A stretch of 64,000 nt of DNA from a virus: positions 64,001-128,000 of the IMG/VR virus record IMGVR_UViG_3300043411_001639; one strand, written 5' to 3'. Positions 1-8,803 of the stretch are shown here, piece after piece. A program made the position numbers and the translations under genes. The notes under the pieces are model-generated. The model was given only the letters and a program-made list of their open reading frames with translations, made no database searches and was not told the origin of the DNA. How positions within the stretch are numbered: position 1 is the stretch's first letter; each line of letters opens with the position of its first letter.

Positions 1-1125
1 GTTCATTAAGACTGTTTTAACTTTTCTTAGAACTGTTTCTGTAATTGACTGATATTGTTTCAGTGTTAGAGTATCAGTTTCAGGGAACTTGAGAACTACA
101 GTTTTTGACAACAAAGTTTTTACCCTTTTATCTAATAAATTCTTTATATCAGCAAGTTGATGGTTATCACGTTTTTGTATTAGTTCATTAACTGTTTGAA
201 TAACATTATGTTCGGTTTTTTGATTAGTTATACAAACTTGTTTTGTTAATTTGTTAATCATGATACCATCAATCACTGGAAGTTCGGAATAGTCAGTCCA
301 GATGATTTGTTGACCTTTTAAACTTGAGACAACATCCCCTCCACAAACTGCTGCCACATCATTTAAAACATTTAATCCCTCAAGGGAAGGTTCTAATTTT
401 AATGGATAGATAAAAAATCTTTCTTGTTTGTTGTTAGCAAGAATAGTAGCTAAAACTTCTTCACTAAAACCTTGAGCAAATATAACCAGAGGTTGTTTCG
501 TTTGAGAACATTTAGTAAATATATTCTCTAGTTCACTAACTCTTTCAATGCTCCCATCTACAAGAAGAACTTTTAGTGGTTCTTTAGATTCCCAACCATC
601 AAAAAAAGGAAGTGGTTTCAAACTATCAAACCAGTAACCATTTTTAAGTTCAATAAAAAACTTGTTGGTTTTTGTTGTTTCAGGACTTATAACTATCTGA
701 TATTCTAATCCAGCTAAAGTTATTACCTGCTCTAAAACTTTAACAAGTTTTTTGTGTTCTTGACATTCTTGTTTGATAATGGTTTTAATGGTTTTATTAG
801 TTACAGGTTCAATCCAACGTTCAAGTTCTTTAGATACCTGTTCATAAGTTTTATTAGAAATAAATCCTAACAAGGTATAAAAACAACCTTCAGCTACTAA
901 ATTTTCAGCTTTTAAAAGTTCGTTGATTAGAACAGAATTTAAAACCAATTCTGTTCTTGTGGTTGGTTTTAGAAGTTTTAATATTGTTTGATAATTGTTT
1001 GTGGATAATATTCCAGAGTTTTCAGAAAGTAGGGTTGAACGAGTAATTATTGTTTCTTTTAAAATGGATAGATTTAACAAGAAATAATTTTGAATATCAT
1101 CATTGTCTACGAACATAGTTTTCAT
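1..1125 (-). CDS. Highly divergent GroEL/Cpn60-like protein (3'-truncated by window edge; not in ORF track)
   Basis: My translation from ATG at 1125 is open for 375 codons to base 1. EPLKVLLVDGSIERVSELENIFTKCSQTKQPLVIFAQGFSEEVLATILANN, LNDVAAVCGGDVVS and LDKRVKTLLSKTVVLK match GroEL apical-domain segments in order; GDGTTT is absent. Confidence 0.8.
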   Translation of the reverse strand, partial: MKTMFVDNDDIQNYFLLNLSILKETIITRSTLLSENSGILSTNNYQTILKLLKPTTRTELVLNSVLINELLKAENLVAEGCFYTLLGFISNKTYEQVSKELERWIEPVTNKTIKTIIKQECQEHKKLVKVLEQVITLAGLEYQIVISPETTKTNKFFIELKNGYWFDSLKPLPFFDGWESKEPLKVLLVDGSIERVSELENIFTKCSQTKQPLVIFAQGFSEEVLATILANNKQERFFIYPLKLEPSLEGLNVLNDVAAVCGGDVVSSLKGQQIIWTDYSELPVIDGIMINKLTKQVCITNQKTEHNVIQTVNELIQKRDNHQLADIKNLLDKRVKTLLSKTVVLKFPETDTLTLKQYQSITETVLRKVKTVLMN

Positions 1126-1130
1126 ATTTT

Positions 1131-1137
1131 ATACTTA
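1131..1137 (+). promoter_or_regulatory. Putative late promoter motif ATACTTA
   Basis: ATAnTTA-type heptamer 14 nt upstream of ATG 1152; the same motif recurs before other likely late genes. Confidence 0.4.
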
Positions 1138-1151
1138 GATTTATATTCTAT

Positions 1152-1730
1152 ATGGCAGAAACAGATTTGACAATCAAAGTTTTCTCTGAACTACAAGAGA
1201 TAAAATCAGCTATTAAAAAAGGTCCTGATGGAATGGAAAAATTTGCTGTCAATGTAGAGCATCTAACTAAAAAAGTTGATGAAGGAGTTGCTGTAACAAA
1301 AGGGTTAGAATCAAAACTTTATGAACCAACAACAGGTATTTATGCTCGTTTACAATCTCTTGAGATTGAACAAAAAAACCATGTTATAGATGATGCTGCT
1401 GATCACCAAAAACACTATGATTTTCTAAAAGAAAACAATGAAAGATCAAAAAGAGAGTCGGCGGAGTTTGAAAAAGATCTTATAACTCTTAAAACAGATA
1501 TAAATAAAATACAAAACTCTGTTAATAAAATTGAAGAGAACAACACCGAAGATACTAAAAAAATTATAGTAAAAATTAAAGAAATCGGTGGAGGCGAGGG
1601 CTTAGTTGAACTGGAAACTATTATCAAATTCAAAAAAAATTTTGACAAACTGTTTTGGTTGCTTTTAACCGGGGTTATAACCACTCTAGGAAAATTCATT
1701 TTTGATCTCATCAATTCACATAATCGTTAG
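1152..1730 (+). CDS. Coiled-coil protein with C-terminal transmembrane helix (possibly holin/XhlA-like)
   Basis: Charged heptad-like body followed by hydrophobic LFWLLLTGVITTLGKFIF. Confidence 0.5.
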   Translation: MAETDLTIKVFSELQEIKSAIKKGPDGMEKFAVNVEHLTKKVDEGVAVTKGLESKLYEPTTGIYARLQSLEIEQKNHVIDDAADHQKHYDFLKENNERSKRESAEFEKDLITLKTDINKIQNSVNKIEENNTEDTKKIIVKIKEIGGGEGLVELETIIKFKKNFDKLFWLLLTGVITTLGKFIFDLINSHNR

Positions 1731-1756
1731 ACATTTGTATCCAAACAGTATATAAA
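1728..1756 (+). promoter_or_regulatory. Sigma70-like promoter TAGACA-N17-TATAAA
   Basis: -35 at 1728-1733, 17-nt spacer, -10 at 1751-1756, upstream of ORF 1783. Confidence 0.5.
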
Positions 1757-1782
1757 TTAATACTAAAGGACACAAAAACACT

Positions 1783-2034
1783 ATGGAACCAAGATCAACA
1801 CAAGAACTTTACGAAGAACTAAAAGCAGCTTTTGCATCACTAGAAAAAGATGTTAAGAAAAACTCTGAAAAACATAACTGCTCCGCAGGAGTTAGAGTTA
1901 GGCTAGGACTTCTTCAACTAGAAAAAGCTTCAAAAGAATTACGTAGAGCCGCTTTAGCTGCTGACAAAGCAACAAAAGTTACCAGAACAGAAAAGAGAGC
2001 TGCAAAACCAGTACCTGCTCCTCCAGTAGTTTGA
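1783..2034 (+). CDS. Histone H1-like Hc1-family small basic DNA-binding protein
   Basis: NCSAGVRVRLGLLQLEKASKELRR resembles the Hc1 consensus NKAAGxRARKxxxELxKxxKExR; Lys/Ala/Pro tail. Confidence 0.6.
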   Translation: MEPRSTQELYEELKAAFASLEKDVKKNSEKHNCSAGVRVRLGLLQLEKASKELRRAALAADKATKVTRTEKRAAKPVPAPPVV

Positions 2035-2069
2035 TAGTTCACCTTCTAATTAAAAAGGTATGAAGATAT

Positions 2070-2107
2070 AAAAGGCAAGAGAATAAAAACTCTTGCCTTT
2101 TCTTTTT
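2070..2107 (+). terminator. Rho-independent terminator
   Basis: Perfect 12-bp stem AAAAGGCAAGAG / CTCTTGCCTTTT with 8-nt loop, followed by CTTTTT. Confidence 0.75.
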
Positions 2108-2133
2108 CAGAAAGAAATAGAGACCAAATAACA

Positions 2134-3501
2134 ATGCAAAAGAAGATGTATGTACTTGACACAAATGTTTTATTATCTGATGGAAACGCTATCACAAGTT
2201 TTCAAGAGAATGATATAGTAATTCCATTTATAGTAGTTGAAGAACTTGATAAACACAAATCAAGACAAGATGAAGCGGGAAAAGAAGCAAGAGAAACAGT
2301 AAGAAAACTAGATGGACTGATGAAAAAACATCCAGATAAAGATCCAAAAAATGGTATCCCAATCAATGATCTTGGAGCCAAACTTTATATCTTGTCTTTA
2401 AAAAATCTTTCTGTTGTTGAAGAAAATCTTTATTTTAAATCTGATGTTGATGTGTTAAAAAACAATGCTGATAATATCATCCTAGAATTTTGTATAGCAT
2501 TACAAAAGCAGTTTAATTCTGTTCTTTGTGTACTAGTCAGTCAAGATGTATTATTAAACATCAAAGCCAAACAGCTTGGAATAGCCTCAGAATCCTTCAA
2601 AAAAATAAAAGCTACAGATACTGCTGATCATATATTCTCGGGCTGTCTAAGCCTTGCAAATGAATATTTTGACATAGATAAAATATACAGCAACCCAATG
2701 TGTGTTCTTGACTATGTTGGAGATAACAAACTATATTCAAATCAATTTATAGTTGTTAAAAACTCTTTAACACATCAAAGTGCTATGTTAAGATGTGGTT
2801 TGAAACCTTATGAAAACATCAGACTAGCTGGTGATAATTTATCAGCAGGTAAACTAAAAGCAAGAAACAAAGAACAAAACTTTGCTCTTGAATTACTAAT
2901 GGATGACAGTGTTAAGTTAGTAACTCTAATTGGAACTGCTGGAACAGGTAAAACATTATGTGCTATTGCTGCTGGATATGAACAAGTGTTGGGAGGTTCA
3001 AGAGCCTTTAAATCTTTACTTGTTTCAAGACCAGTTCATCCAATGGGGAGAGATATTGGTTTCCTTCCAGGAATGATTTCAGAAAAAATGGAACCTTGGA
3101 TAGCCCCTATTAAAGATAACCTAAGATTTTTGATAGGAGATGGTACCAAATCAAAATCTACAGAAGAAACCCTGAACCATTTGATGGAAAAAGGACTGAT
3201 TGAAGTTGAAGTTATTGCTTACATCAGAGGAAGATCTATTCCAAAAGCTTTCATGATCATTGATGAAGCACAAAACTTGTCAGGTCATGAACTTAAAACT
3301 ATTATCACAAGATGTGGTGAAGGTACTAAAATAGTTTTAACAGGTGATATTGAACAAATTGACAACCTGTCCGTTGACGCTACTACAAATGCTCTTACTA
3401 TTGCTGTTGAGAAATTCAAAGATTCACCTCTAGCTGGTCACGTTACTTTAGTTAAAGGTGAAAGAAGCCAACTAGCTACTGAAGCTGCTAAAATACTCTG
3501 A
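2134..3501 (+). CDS. phoH: PIN-PhoH protein (PIN RNase domain plus PhoH ATPase)
   Basis: PIN motifs YVLDTNVLL, VVEELD, ADNIIL, VSQD; Walker A GTAGTGKT, IGFLPG, RGRS, IIDEAQN, GDIEQID. Confidence 0.93.
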   Translation: MQKKMYVLDTNVLLSDGNAITSFQENDIVIPFIVVEELDKHKSRQDEAGKEARETVRKLDGLMKKHPDKDPKNGIPINDLGAKLYILSLKNLSVVEENLYFKSDVDVLKNNADNIILEFCIALQKQFNSVLCVLVSQDVLLNIKAKQLGIASESFKKIKATDTADHIFSGCLSLANEYFDIDKIYSNPMCVLDYVGDNKLYSNQFIVVKNSLTHQSAMLRCGLKPYENIRLAGDNLSAGKLKARNKEQNFALELLMDDSVKLVTLIGTAGTGKTLCAIAAGYEQVLGGSRAFKSLLVSRPVHPMGRDIGFLPGMISEKMEPWIAPIKDNLRFLIGDGTKSKSTEETLNHLMEKGLIEVEVIAYIRGRSIPKAFMIIDEAQNLSGHELKTIITRCGEGTKIVLTGDIEQIDNLSVDATTNALTIAVEKFKDSPLAGHVTLVKGERSQLATEAAKIL

Positions 3502-3520
3502 CATGTTTTCTACTTAAGAT

Positions 3521-4198
3521 GTGTCACAACTAACCTCTCTTAATAAATCCCACTATAGAAAAACGTATTCAAAACTAGGACATCATAAACCTGTCATTTT
3601 AAATCTTGACAGACAGTATGATATTAATCACATGGTATTTGATAGAAACCATCTATCTTTACCTTGTGCGCCTAATCTTGGAGTAACTTCCAGTATTTAT
3701 TATGCTGAGTATGAAGAAGGTTATGTTTATTTTAATAATGAAACGGAAGTTCAGACTTTTTTCACAACAACTTTCACTGATGAACCTTTTACAATAATTG
3801 AAATACTTCCAGCTTCAGGATTAGAAAACATTAATTTTTCTATCTACCAAACAACACCTGTAAAATTTGTCATAAACACTTCTGCTAATTTTACAGGTTG
3901 GTTTAAGTATTATTCTGTTCATTCTGCGCTAGGATATCCAACAACAGTTTTATCAGGTGCTATTCCTAAAGAATGTACTGCTGGTTCATTAACTATAGTT
4001 AGTGCTGATACCGTTTCACAATCCTTAATTCCTTCATGCTCAGTTGTTCCAACCACCAGTAGCTTCTGTCTATATGAGACTGTATTAGATTTAGGTAGCA
4101 GCTTTTTCTCTGGTAGTATAAATTCTTCTGGTAGTTTCTTGACCGGGAGTTTTTCAGCCAATTATACAAACAAGATCAACTATATTAATTTGGTTTAA
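3521..4198 (+). CDS. Hypothetical virion-type beta-rich protein (GTG start)
   Basis: Ser/Thr-rich; C-terminal FSGSINSSGSFLTGSF; preceded by CTACTTA. Confidence 0.45.
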   Translation: MSQLTSLNKSHYRKTYSKLGHHKPVILNLDRQYDINHMVFDRNHLSLPCAPNLGVTSSIYYAEYEEGYVYFNNETEVQTFFTTTFTDEPFTIIEILPASGLENINFSIYQTTPVKFVINTSANFTGWFKYYSVHSALGYPTTVLSGAIPKECTAGSLTIVSADTVSQSLIPSCSVVPTTSSFCLYETVLDLGSSFFSGSINSSGSFLTGSFSANYTNKINYINLV

Positions 4199-4201
4199 CT
4201 C

Positions 4202-4208
4202 ATAGTTA
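4202..4208 (+). promoter_or_regulatory. Putative late promoter motif ATAGTTA
   Basis: Heptamer 12 nt upstream of ATG 4221. Confidence 0.35.
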
Positions 4209-4220
4209 TTTTAGGATAAT

Positions 4221-5324
4221 ATGGCATACGATTTTAGAGCTAATCAAATCAGAACCGAAAAACTTATTGTTTCTTCAGCCTTGGGACAACATAGGATACT
4301 TATATATCCTGTTGATGTTGCAACGGATTTGCAAGGAACAGTAGGTTTTAACACATCAGCAATTGGAACTGATATATTGTTTTTTGTCTCAGGTGCCAAG
4401 GGAGGAAGAGGAGGAGCAACAGCAAATGTAGGATTGTTTGGAGGTGATCTTGTTGTATCAGGCAACTTGATATTATTATCTGGATTGTCGGGTTCTTTGC
4501 AGAGACTTAGTTCCGGGATTCCTTATTTGCTAGCAGGACCAAATATCAATGTAGTTACAAACTCACTAGGACAGATAGAAATTAGTAGTTCGGCGGGTGC
4601 TTCTGATCCTAGCCCTTGGAAAGAATCAAATGGAATCAACATTCAAACAACTTCTTCAGTTGCCATAACAGGCAATCCTCTGTTTTTTGCTCCAGATGTT
4701 GGTTCTGATGTTTATTTTTATGTCTCAGGAAGTTCTACGAAAAAAGCTGTTTTTGGTGGAGATGTTGTTCTGTCGGGTTCTTTTCTTGTTGGAAACAACA
4801 ATTCTATTAACAAAATAAACGGGCAACTGTCTGGTTCAATCAGAAATACAGTTGATGGACTTGCATTTTTAACTGGTTCTGGTGCTACAATAAACATCAA
4901 CTATAACACAGTAGGACAATATGAAATTTCATGTTCTACACCTTTGTTTTATTCCCAAAGTCTTATTAAACGAATAGAGTTGTCTGGTTATCAAACAACT
5001 AGTTCTAGTATATCAACTAGAATTGGAGGCACATATTTTAGAGTTCAAGACTATACAAATCCAGGTTTTATAAGTTCTAGTATTTTTGAATCAGTTGGTT
5101 TTGTTACCGCAGGAACAGGATCTATAAGTTTATACAACATTACTGATTCTATTATTGTTTCTTCTTTGAATTTTTCTGAGACCTCTGACACTTATAAATC
5201 ACAAGCATTTGTTTTGAATTCAACTGCTTCTGTTATTTTAGAAGTAAGATGCAATTATGTTTCTGGTTCTAGTTTTGACTATGCTGGTTTTATGGGGACT
5301 AAAATATGCATTAATTACTCATAG
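4221..5324 (+). CDS. Putative tail fibre/appendage protein with internal duplication
   Basis: Gly/Ser-rich beta-repeat character; two copies of GxDxxFxVSG...FGGDxVxSG...LSGS...GQxEISxS. Confidence 0.55.
   Translation: MAYDFRANQIRTEKLIVSSALGQHRILIYPVDVATDLQGTVGFNTSAIGTDILFFVSGAKGGRGGATANVGLFGGDLVVSGNLILLSGLSGSLQRLSSGIPYLLAGPNINVVTNSLGQIEISSSAGASDPSPWKESNGINIQTTSSVAITGNPLFFAPDVGSDVYFYVSGSSTKKAVFGGDVVLSGSFLVGNNNSINKINGQLSGSIRNTVDGLAFLTGSGATININYNTVGQYEISCSTPLFYSQSLIKRIELSGYQTTSSSISTRIGGTYFRVQDYTNPGFISSSIFESVGFVTAGTGSISLYNITDSIIVSSLNFSETSDTYKSQAFVLNSTASVILEVRCNYVSGSSFDYAGFMGTKICINYS
4362..4938 (+). repeat. Diverged protein-level tandem duplication within ORF 4221
   Basis: IGTDILFFVSG..GLFGGDLVVSGNL..LSGSLQRLSSGIPYL..GQIEISSS vs VGSDVYFYVSG..AVFGGDVVLSGSF..LSGSIRNTVDGLAFL..GQYEISCS. 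Confidence 0.7.
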
Positions 5325-5338
5325 AACTAATTAGTTCT

Positions 5339-6280
5339 ATGACTGTTATAATTTCTGCCTCATTAATAACAACGGGAGATGAAGCTGTTTTTAGTTTAAA
5401 ATCACTATTAAAAGATGCTAGCTGGATTGTTTCTGGTAGTTCTGATAGTGTGACTTATAATGGTACTGGAGATCTACTCAGCGCAAGTGCAAACCTTTCA
5501 AATCCTGAAGCATGGTTTAGAATCATTGCCTCAGATAACAGTAGACAGTGGACATTCCAAAGGGGTTCAAGTGCACAAAACTGGACTATAAAAAGAAGTA
5601 AGACAGGTTTTACAGGCTCCTCTGATGCCACAAAACCTCCTTTTGATTCCGAGGCTCATACTTTAATCAGTGCATCAACTGTGTTTCCTGCTTCTGTTGA
5701 CAATTGGTTGGTTTCAGCAGTTAGTGGTTCTTCAGTAGGAGAATTCTCAGATCTTTCTTGGTTTGCTTTTAGTGTTGTAAACGGTGGTGGAAATATAAAA
5801 ACATTTTTATTTGACGAGGCTTTACTCTCAGGTTCTTATGTCGCAGAAGACCAAGATCCTTATATTTGGGGATTTTACTATGATGGAACAGGATTCAACA
5901 CTGTGAATTTTAGCATCTCAAGATTTAATGCAAGGAGTTGGAAAAGATTTAGACATAATCTTTCAACTCCTTCTTTTGAAGATGTTACTTTTTTTACCTA
6001 TACTTCTTCAGGTTTAACAATTACTCCTCCTGGTGATTGGAACTCAAATCTTGGATTAAATCCTTACAGTTCAACAGAAATACCTTTATTTATTCCGGTA
6101 GCTGTCCCAAATGATGGAAGTGTAACAAACAGAGGTTGGGTAGGATATCCTACTAACCTAAAATGGTCCTCTGTTTTAACAAGAGCAAACGGACAAACTC
6201 TCAACTGTAGTAACACCAATTATTATATTTATTGTGGAGGTATCTGGGTAATGTGGAACTCCACTGCTCCAGCTATTTGA
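5339..6280 (+). CDS. Hypothetical virion-type protein
   Basis: Ser/Trp-rich beta protein with several SGS/SAS motifs; adjacent to the fibre-like gene. Confidence 0.45.
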   Translation: MTVIISASLITTGDEAVFSLKSLLKDASWIVSGSSDSVTYNGTGDLLSASANLSNPEAWFRIIASDNSRQWTFQRGSSAQNWTIKRSKTGFTGSSDATKPPFDSEAHTLISASTVFPASVDNWLVSAVSGSSVGEFSDLSWFAFSVVNGGGNIKTFLFDEALLSGSYVAEDQDPYIWGFYYDGTGFNTVNFSISRFNARSWKRFRHNLSTPSFEDVTFFTYTSSGLTITPPGDWNSNLGLNPYSSTEIPLFIPVAVPNDGSVTNRGWVGYPTNLKWSSVLTRANGQTLNCSNTNYYIYCGGIWVMWNSTAPAI

Positions 6281-6286
6281 TAAAAA

Positions 6287-6514
6287 ATGTCTAATTACTC
6301 TGGCAACATACTGACAAACAATTTAGAATCACCTTCTGGTAGAATAGTTTATTCTAGATCTCGTGGATCAAAAATAAACTTATCTAATTCATCAGGTACA
6401 GATGAAAACATCATAAGATTCTTTTATAGAACTTCTGGTGGAATGTTTTTAAATACTGTGACTTATTCAGAAATTCCTCATGATGCAGTGTTACTAAAGA
6501 CATTATATGAGTAA
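6287..6514 (+). CDS. Hypothetical protein (75 aa)
   Basis: ATG ORF 6 nt after the previous stop, filling the gap. Confidence 0.5.
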   Translation: MSNYSGNILTNNLESPSGRIVYSRSRGSKINLSNSSGTDENIIRFFYRTSGGMFLNTVTYSEIPHDAVLLKTLYE

Positions 6515-6603
6515 CTGTTTAATAACAAGTTATGTAGGAATCTCATTTACACCTTATACAATAGGTTAGTGTAATCCTATTCATATAGGGAGAGGAAGAG
6601 GGC

Positions 6604-8793
6604 ATGTTCTTAGAGATCTTAAAGAAGCATATTACTGATCATGGATTATACTGTTTGCCATTGGAAGGTACATTAGAAGGTGCTTGTAGTTGTGGGTCTA
6701 AAACCTGTACAAGCAGAGGAAAGCATCCTACAAAGCGTTTTTTCTGGAGTTATTCATCAAGAAATGAAAAACAGAAAGTAACTGGATGGTTTGATAACTG
6801 TCCTAATCCACACAATATTGGGGTTTTAACAGGAAGGAAATCAAAGATCAATGGAAAATATCTAGTTGTAATTGACATTGATTATGCATGTCCAGAATTA
6901 GTAGAAAAACTACCGCCAACATTTTCTTATAAAACAGGGAAACCAGACGGTATACATCTTTGGTTCTGGAGTGATAAAAGAATTAGCAACTCAGTAGGAC
7001 TGTTAGCACCAAAAGTTGATATCAGAGGTGAAAATGGCTATGTTGTTGTTCCTCCAAGTAGGCATCAAACAGGAAACATCTACACAGTTTTAAATGACTT
7101 AGAAATAGCAGACTTGCCTGTTTGGGTATCTGAAATACTTGAAACTAATAGAAAATCTATCAAACGTGATTCCAAAGAACAGAAAACTGTTAAATCAAAG
7201 GCTAATAAATCAAAACTACCATATGAAAACTGGACAGTTCTTGATGTTGATCAGATTGAAGAAAAACTAGAACTAGGAGAATTAATCCCAGTTGGGCAAA
7301 GAAACAACATTGTTTTTAAGTTGTTGACTGCTAAAAAAATATCAGGTGTAGAAGACGAACAACTTATAGAATATGCAATAGGAATAGCTTCAAGAGTTGA
7401 AGATCCAGAATCATATTCAGAACAAGAACTTCATGCGTCCATAAGATCTGTTGGTAAAATAACGACATACAAAAAAGACATTACTAAATTCAATGAAAAC
7501 TATGTTAAGTTTATTAAAAATACTTTTTATACTCAGAAACAACTTGATGTAGAGTTATACACAAAAACTCTAGATGATTCAGACAATGAATTTTTTGGTC
7601 TACTAACCCCAGAACAAGATAAGAAGAAGTTTGTTCTGTTAAAAGATTTGATGGAACTAAGATTAAACTGGTTGAAACAAGTTAAAGGATTAGAGCATGT
7701 TTCAAAATATGGAACAAATAGTTTCGCAGAAAAACTAATATTACTTGAGTTTAACAAACACAGAACAAGTAAGAACTGTTTTTGGAATGTAAATTTTGAG
7801 AAAGTAACTGAACAATTAAACCACATCATGCAAACAACATCTCAAACCACTAACAATATGTTCAAAGGAACTCCAGTAGAAGTTTATGTTCTCCCTTCTG
7901 TGACAACTATTTTTGTTACAGATTTCTTTAAAGAAGAAGTATCAGGAGGAGCGGAATTAACAACACAAGCTATTATAGATGTTTGTCCAACGGAACAAAA
8001 AAACTCTATAGCTAAAATTCATTCAGTTTCACTAACACCAAAAATGTTAACTAACTTATCAAAAAGACTGATAAAACCAACTTTGGTTTTCTGCAACTTT
8101 AGTCAAGTAGATGGGGATGTACTAAAGCATCTTGCTGAAACAAAGTGTTTAAACTATGTTGTAGTTGAATATGATTTAAAATACTGCGCCTATAGATCAG
8201 AACAACTTCATTTTCTTCAAACAAACGGAGCAGGTTGTGACTGCAAAGAAACTCAACACGGTAAAACAATGGCTAAGTTTTATTCTTCAGCTTCACATGT
8301 TTTTTGGATGGCTGAGAAACAGATAGAACTGTATGAAACTAAACTAGGGATAAAATTAAAAAACAAATCAACAGTTCTTAGTAGTTGTTTTACTGATGAA
8401 CAACTAGATCTGTTACTAACCCTTGGTAAAACCTATCTTAAAGAAAACAAACTAGCAGTCCTTGGTTCTGGAAGTTGGATCAAGGGAATAAAAGAGTCTG
8501 AAGCATGGTGTAAGGTACACAACAAATCCTATGCAACAATCCCGGCACTTGATTATTTTAGTTTTATTAAAAAACTTGCAGGGTTTAAAGGATTGGTATT
8601 CAAACCTCTTGACTATGACACTTGTCCAAGGCTAGTAATTGAAGCAAAGATCTTAGGTCTTGACTTATATCTTAACAACAATGTACTCCATAAAAATGAA
8701 AGTTGGTTTCAAAAGACACCTGAAGAGATAGTATTATATCTAAAAAACAATAAAATTATGTTTTGGAATTACTTGTTGGACAAACAGTGCTAA
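6604..8793 (+). CDS. Fusion: bifunctional DNA primase/polymerase (AEP Prim-Pol + PriCT) and C-terminal GT-B glycosyltransferase-like domain
   Basis: N-term CSC...GKHP, NIGVLTG, VVIDID, GIHLWF, DIRGENGYVVVPPSRH, PriCT-like IPVGQRNN; C-term DFF..EVSGGAELTT and DTCPRLVIEAKILG. Confidence 0.75.
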   Translation: MFLEILKKHITDHGLYCLPLEGTLEGACSCGSKTCTSRGKHPTKRFFWSYSSRNEKQKVTGWFDNCPNPHNIGVLTGRKSKINGKYLVVIDIDYACPELVEKLPPTFSYKTGKPDGIHLWFWSDKRISNSVGLLAPKVDIRGENGYVVVPPSRHQTGNIYTVLNDLEIADLPVWVSEILETNRKSIKRDSKEQKTVKSKANKSKLPYENWTVLDVDQIEEKLELGELIPVGQRNNIVFKLLTAKKISGVEDEQLIEYAIGIASRVEDPESYSEQELHASIRSVGKITTYKKDITKFNENYVKFIKNTFYTQKQLDVELYTKTLDDSDNEFFGLLTPEQDKKKFVLLKDLMELRLNWLKQVKGLEHVSKYGTNSFAEKLILLEFNKHRTSKNCFWNVNFEKVTEQLNHIMQTTSQTTNNMFKGTPVEVYVLPSVTTIFVTDFFKEEVSGGAELTTQAIIDVCPTEQKNSIAKIHSVSLTPKMLTNLSKRLIKPTLVFCNFSQVDGDVLKHLAETKCLNYVVVEYDLKYCAYRSEQLHFLQTNGAGCDCKETQHGKTMAKFYSSASHVFWMAEKQIELYETKLGIKLKNKSTVLSSCFTDEQLDLLLTLGKTYLKENKLAVLGSGSWIKGIKESEAWCKVHNKSYATIPALDYFSFIKKLAGFKGLVFKPLDYDTCPRLVIEAKILGLDLYLNNNVLHKNESWFQKTPEEIVLYLKNNKIMFWNYLLDKQC

Positions 8794-8803
8794 ACTCACT
8801 GGT

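Noticed and set aside
6515-6603. Small hairpin CCTAT-TCAT-ATAGG and purine tract upstream of Prim-Pol as an origin or riboregulator
   Set aside because: The stem is only 5 bp and there are no iterons; too weak to support.
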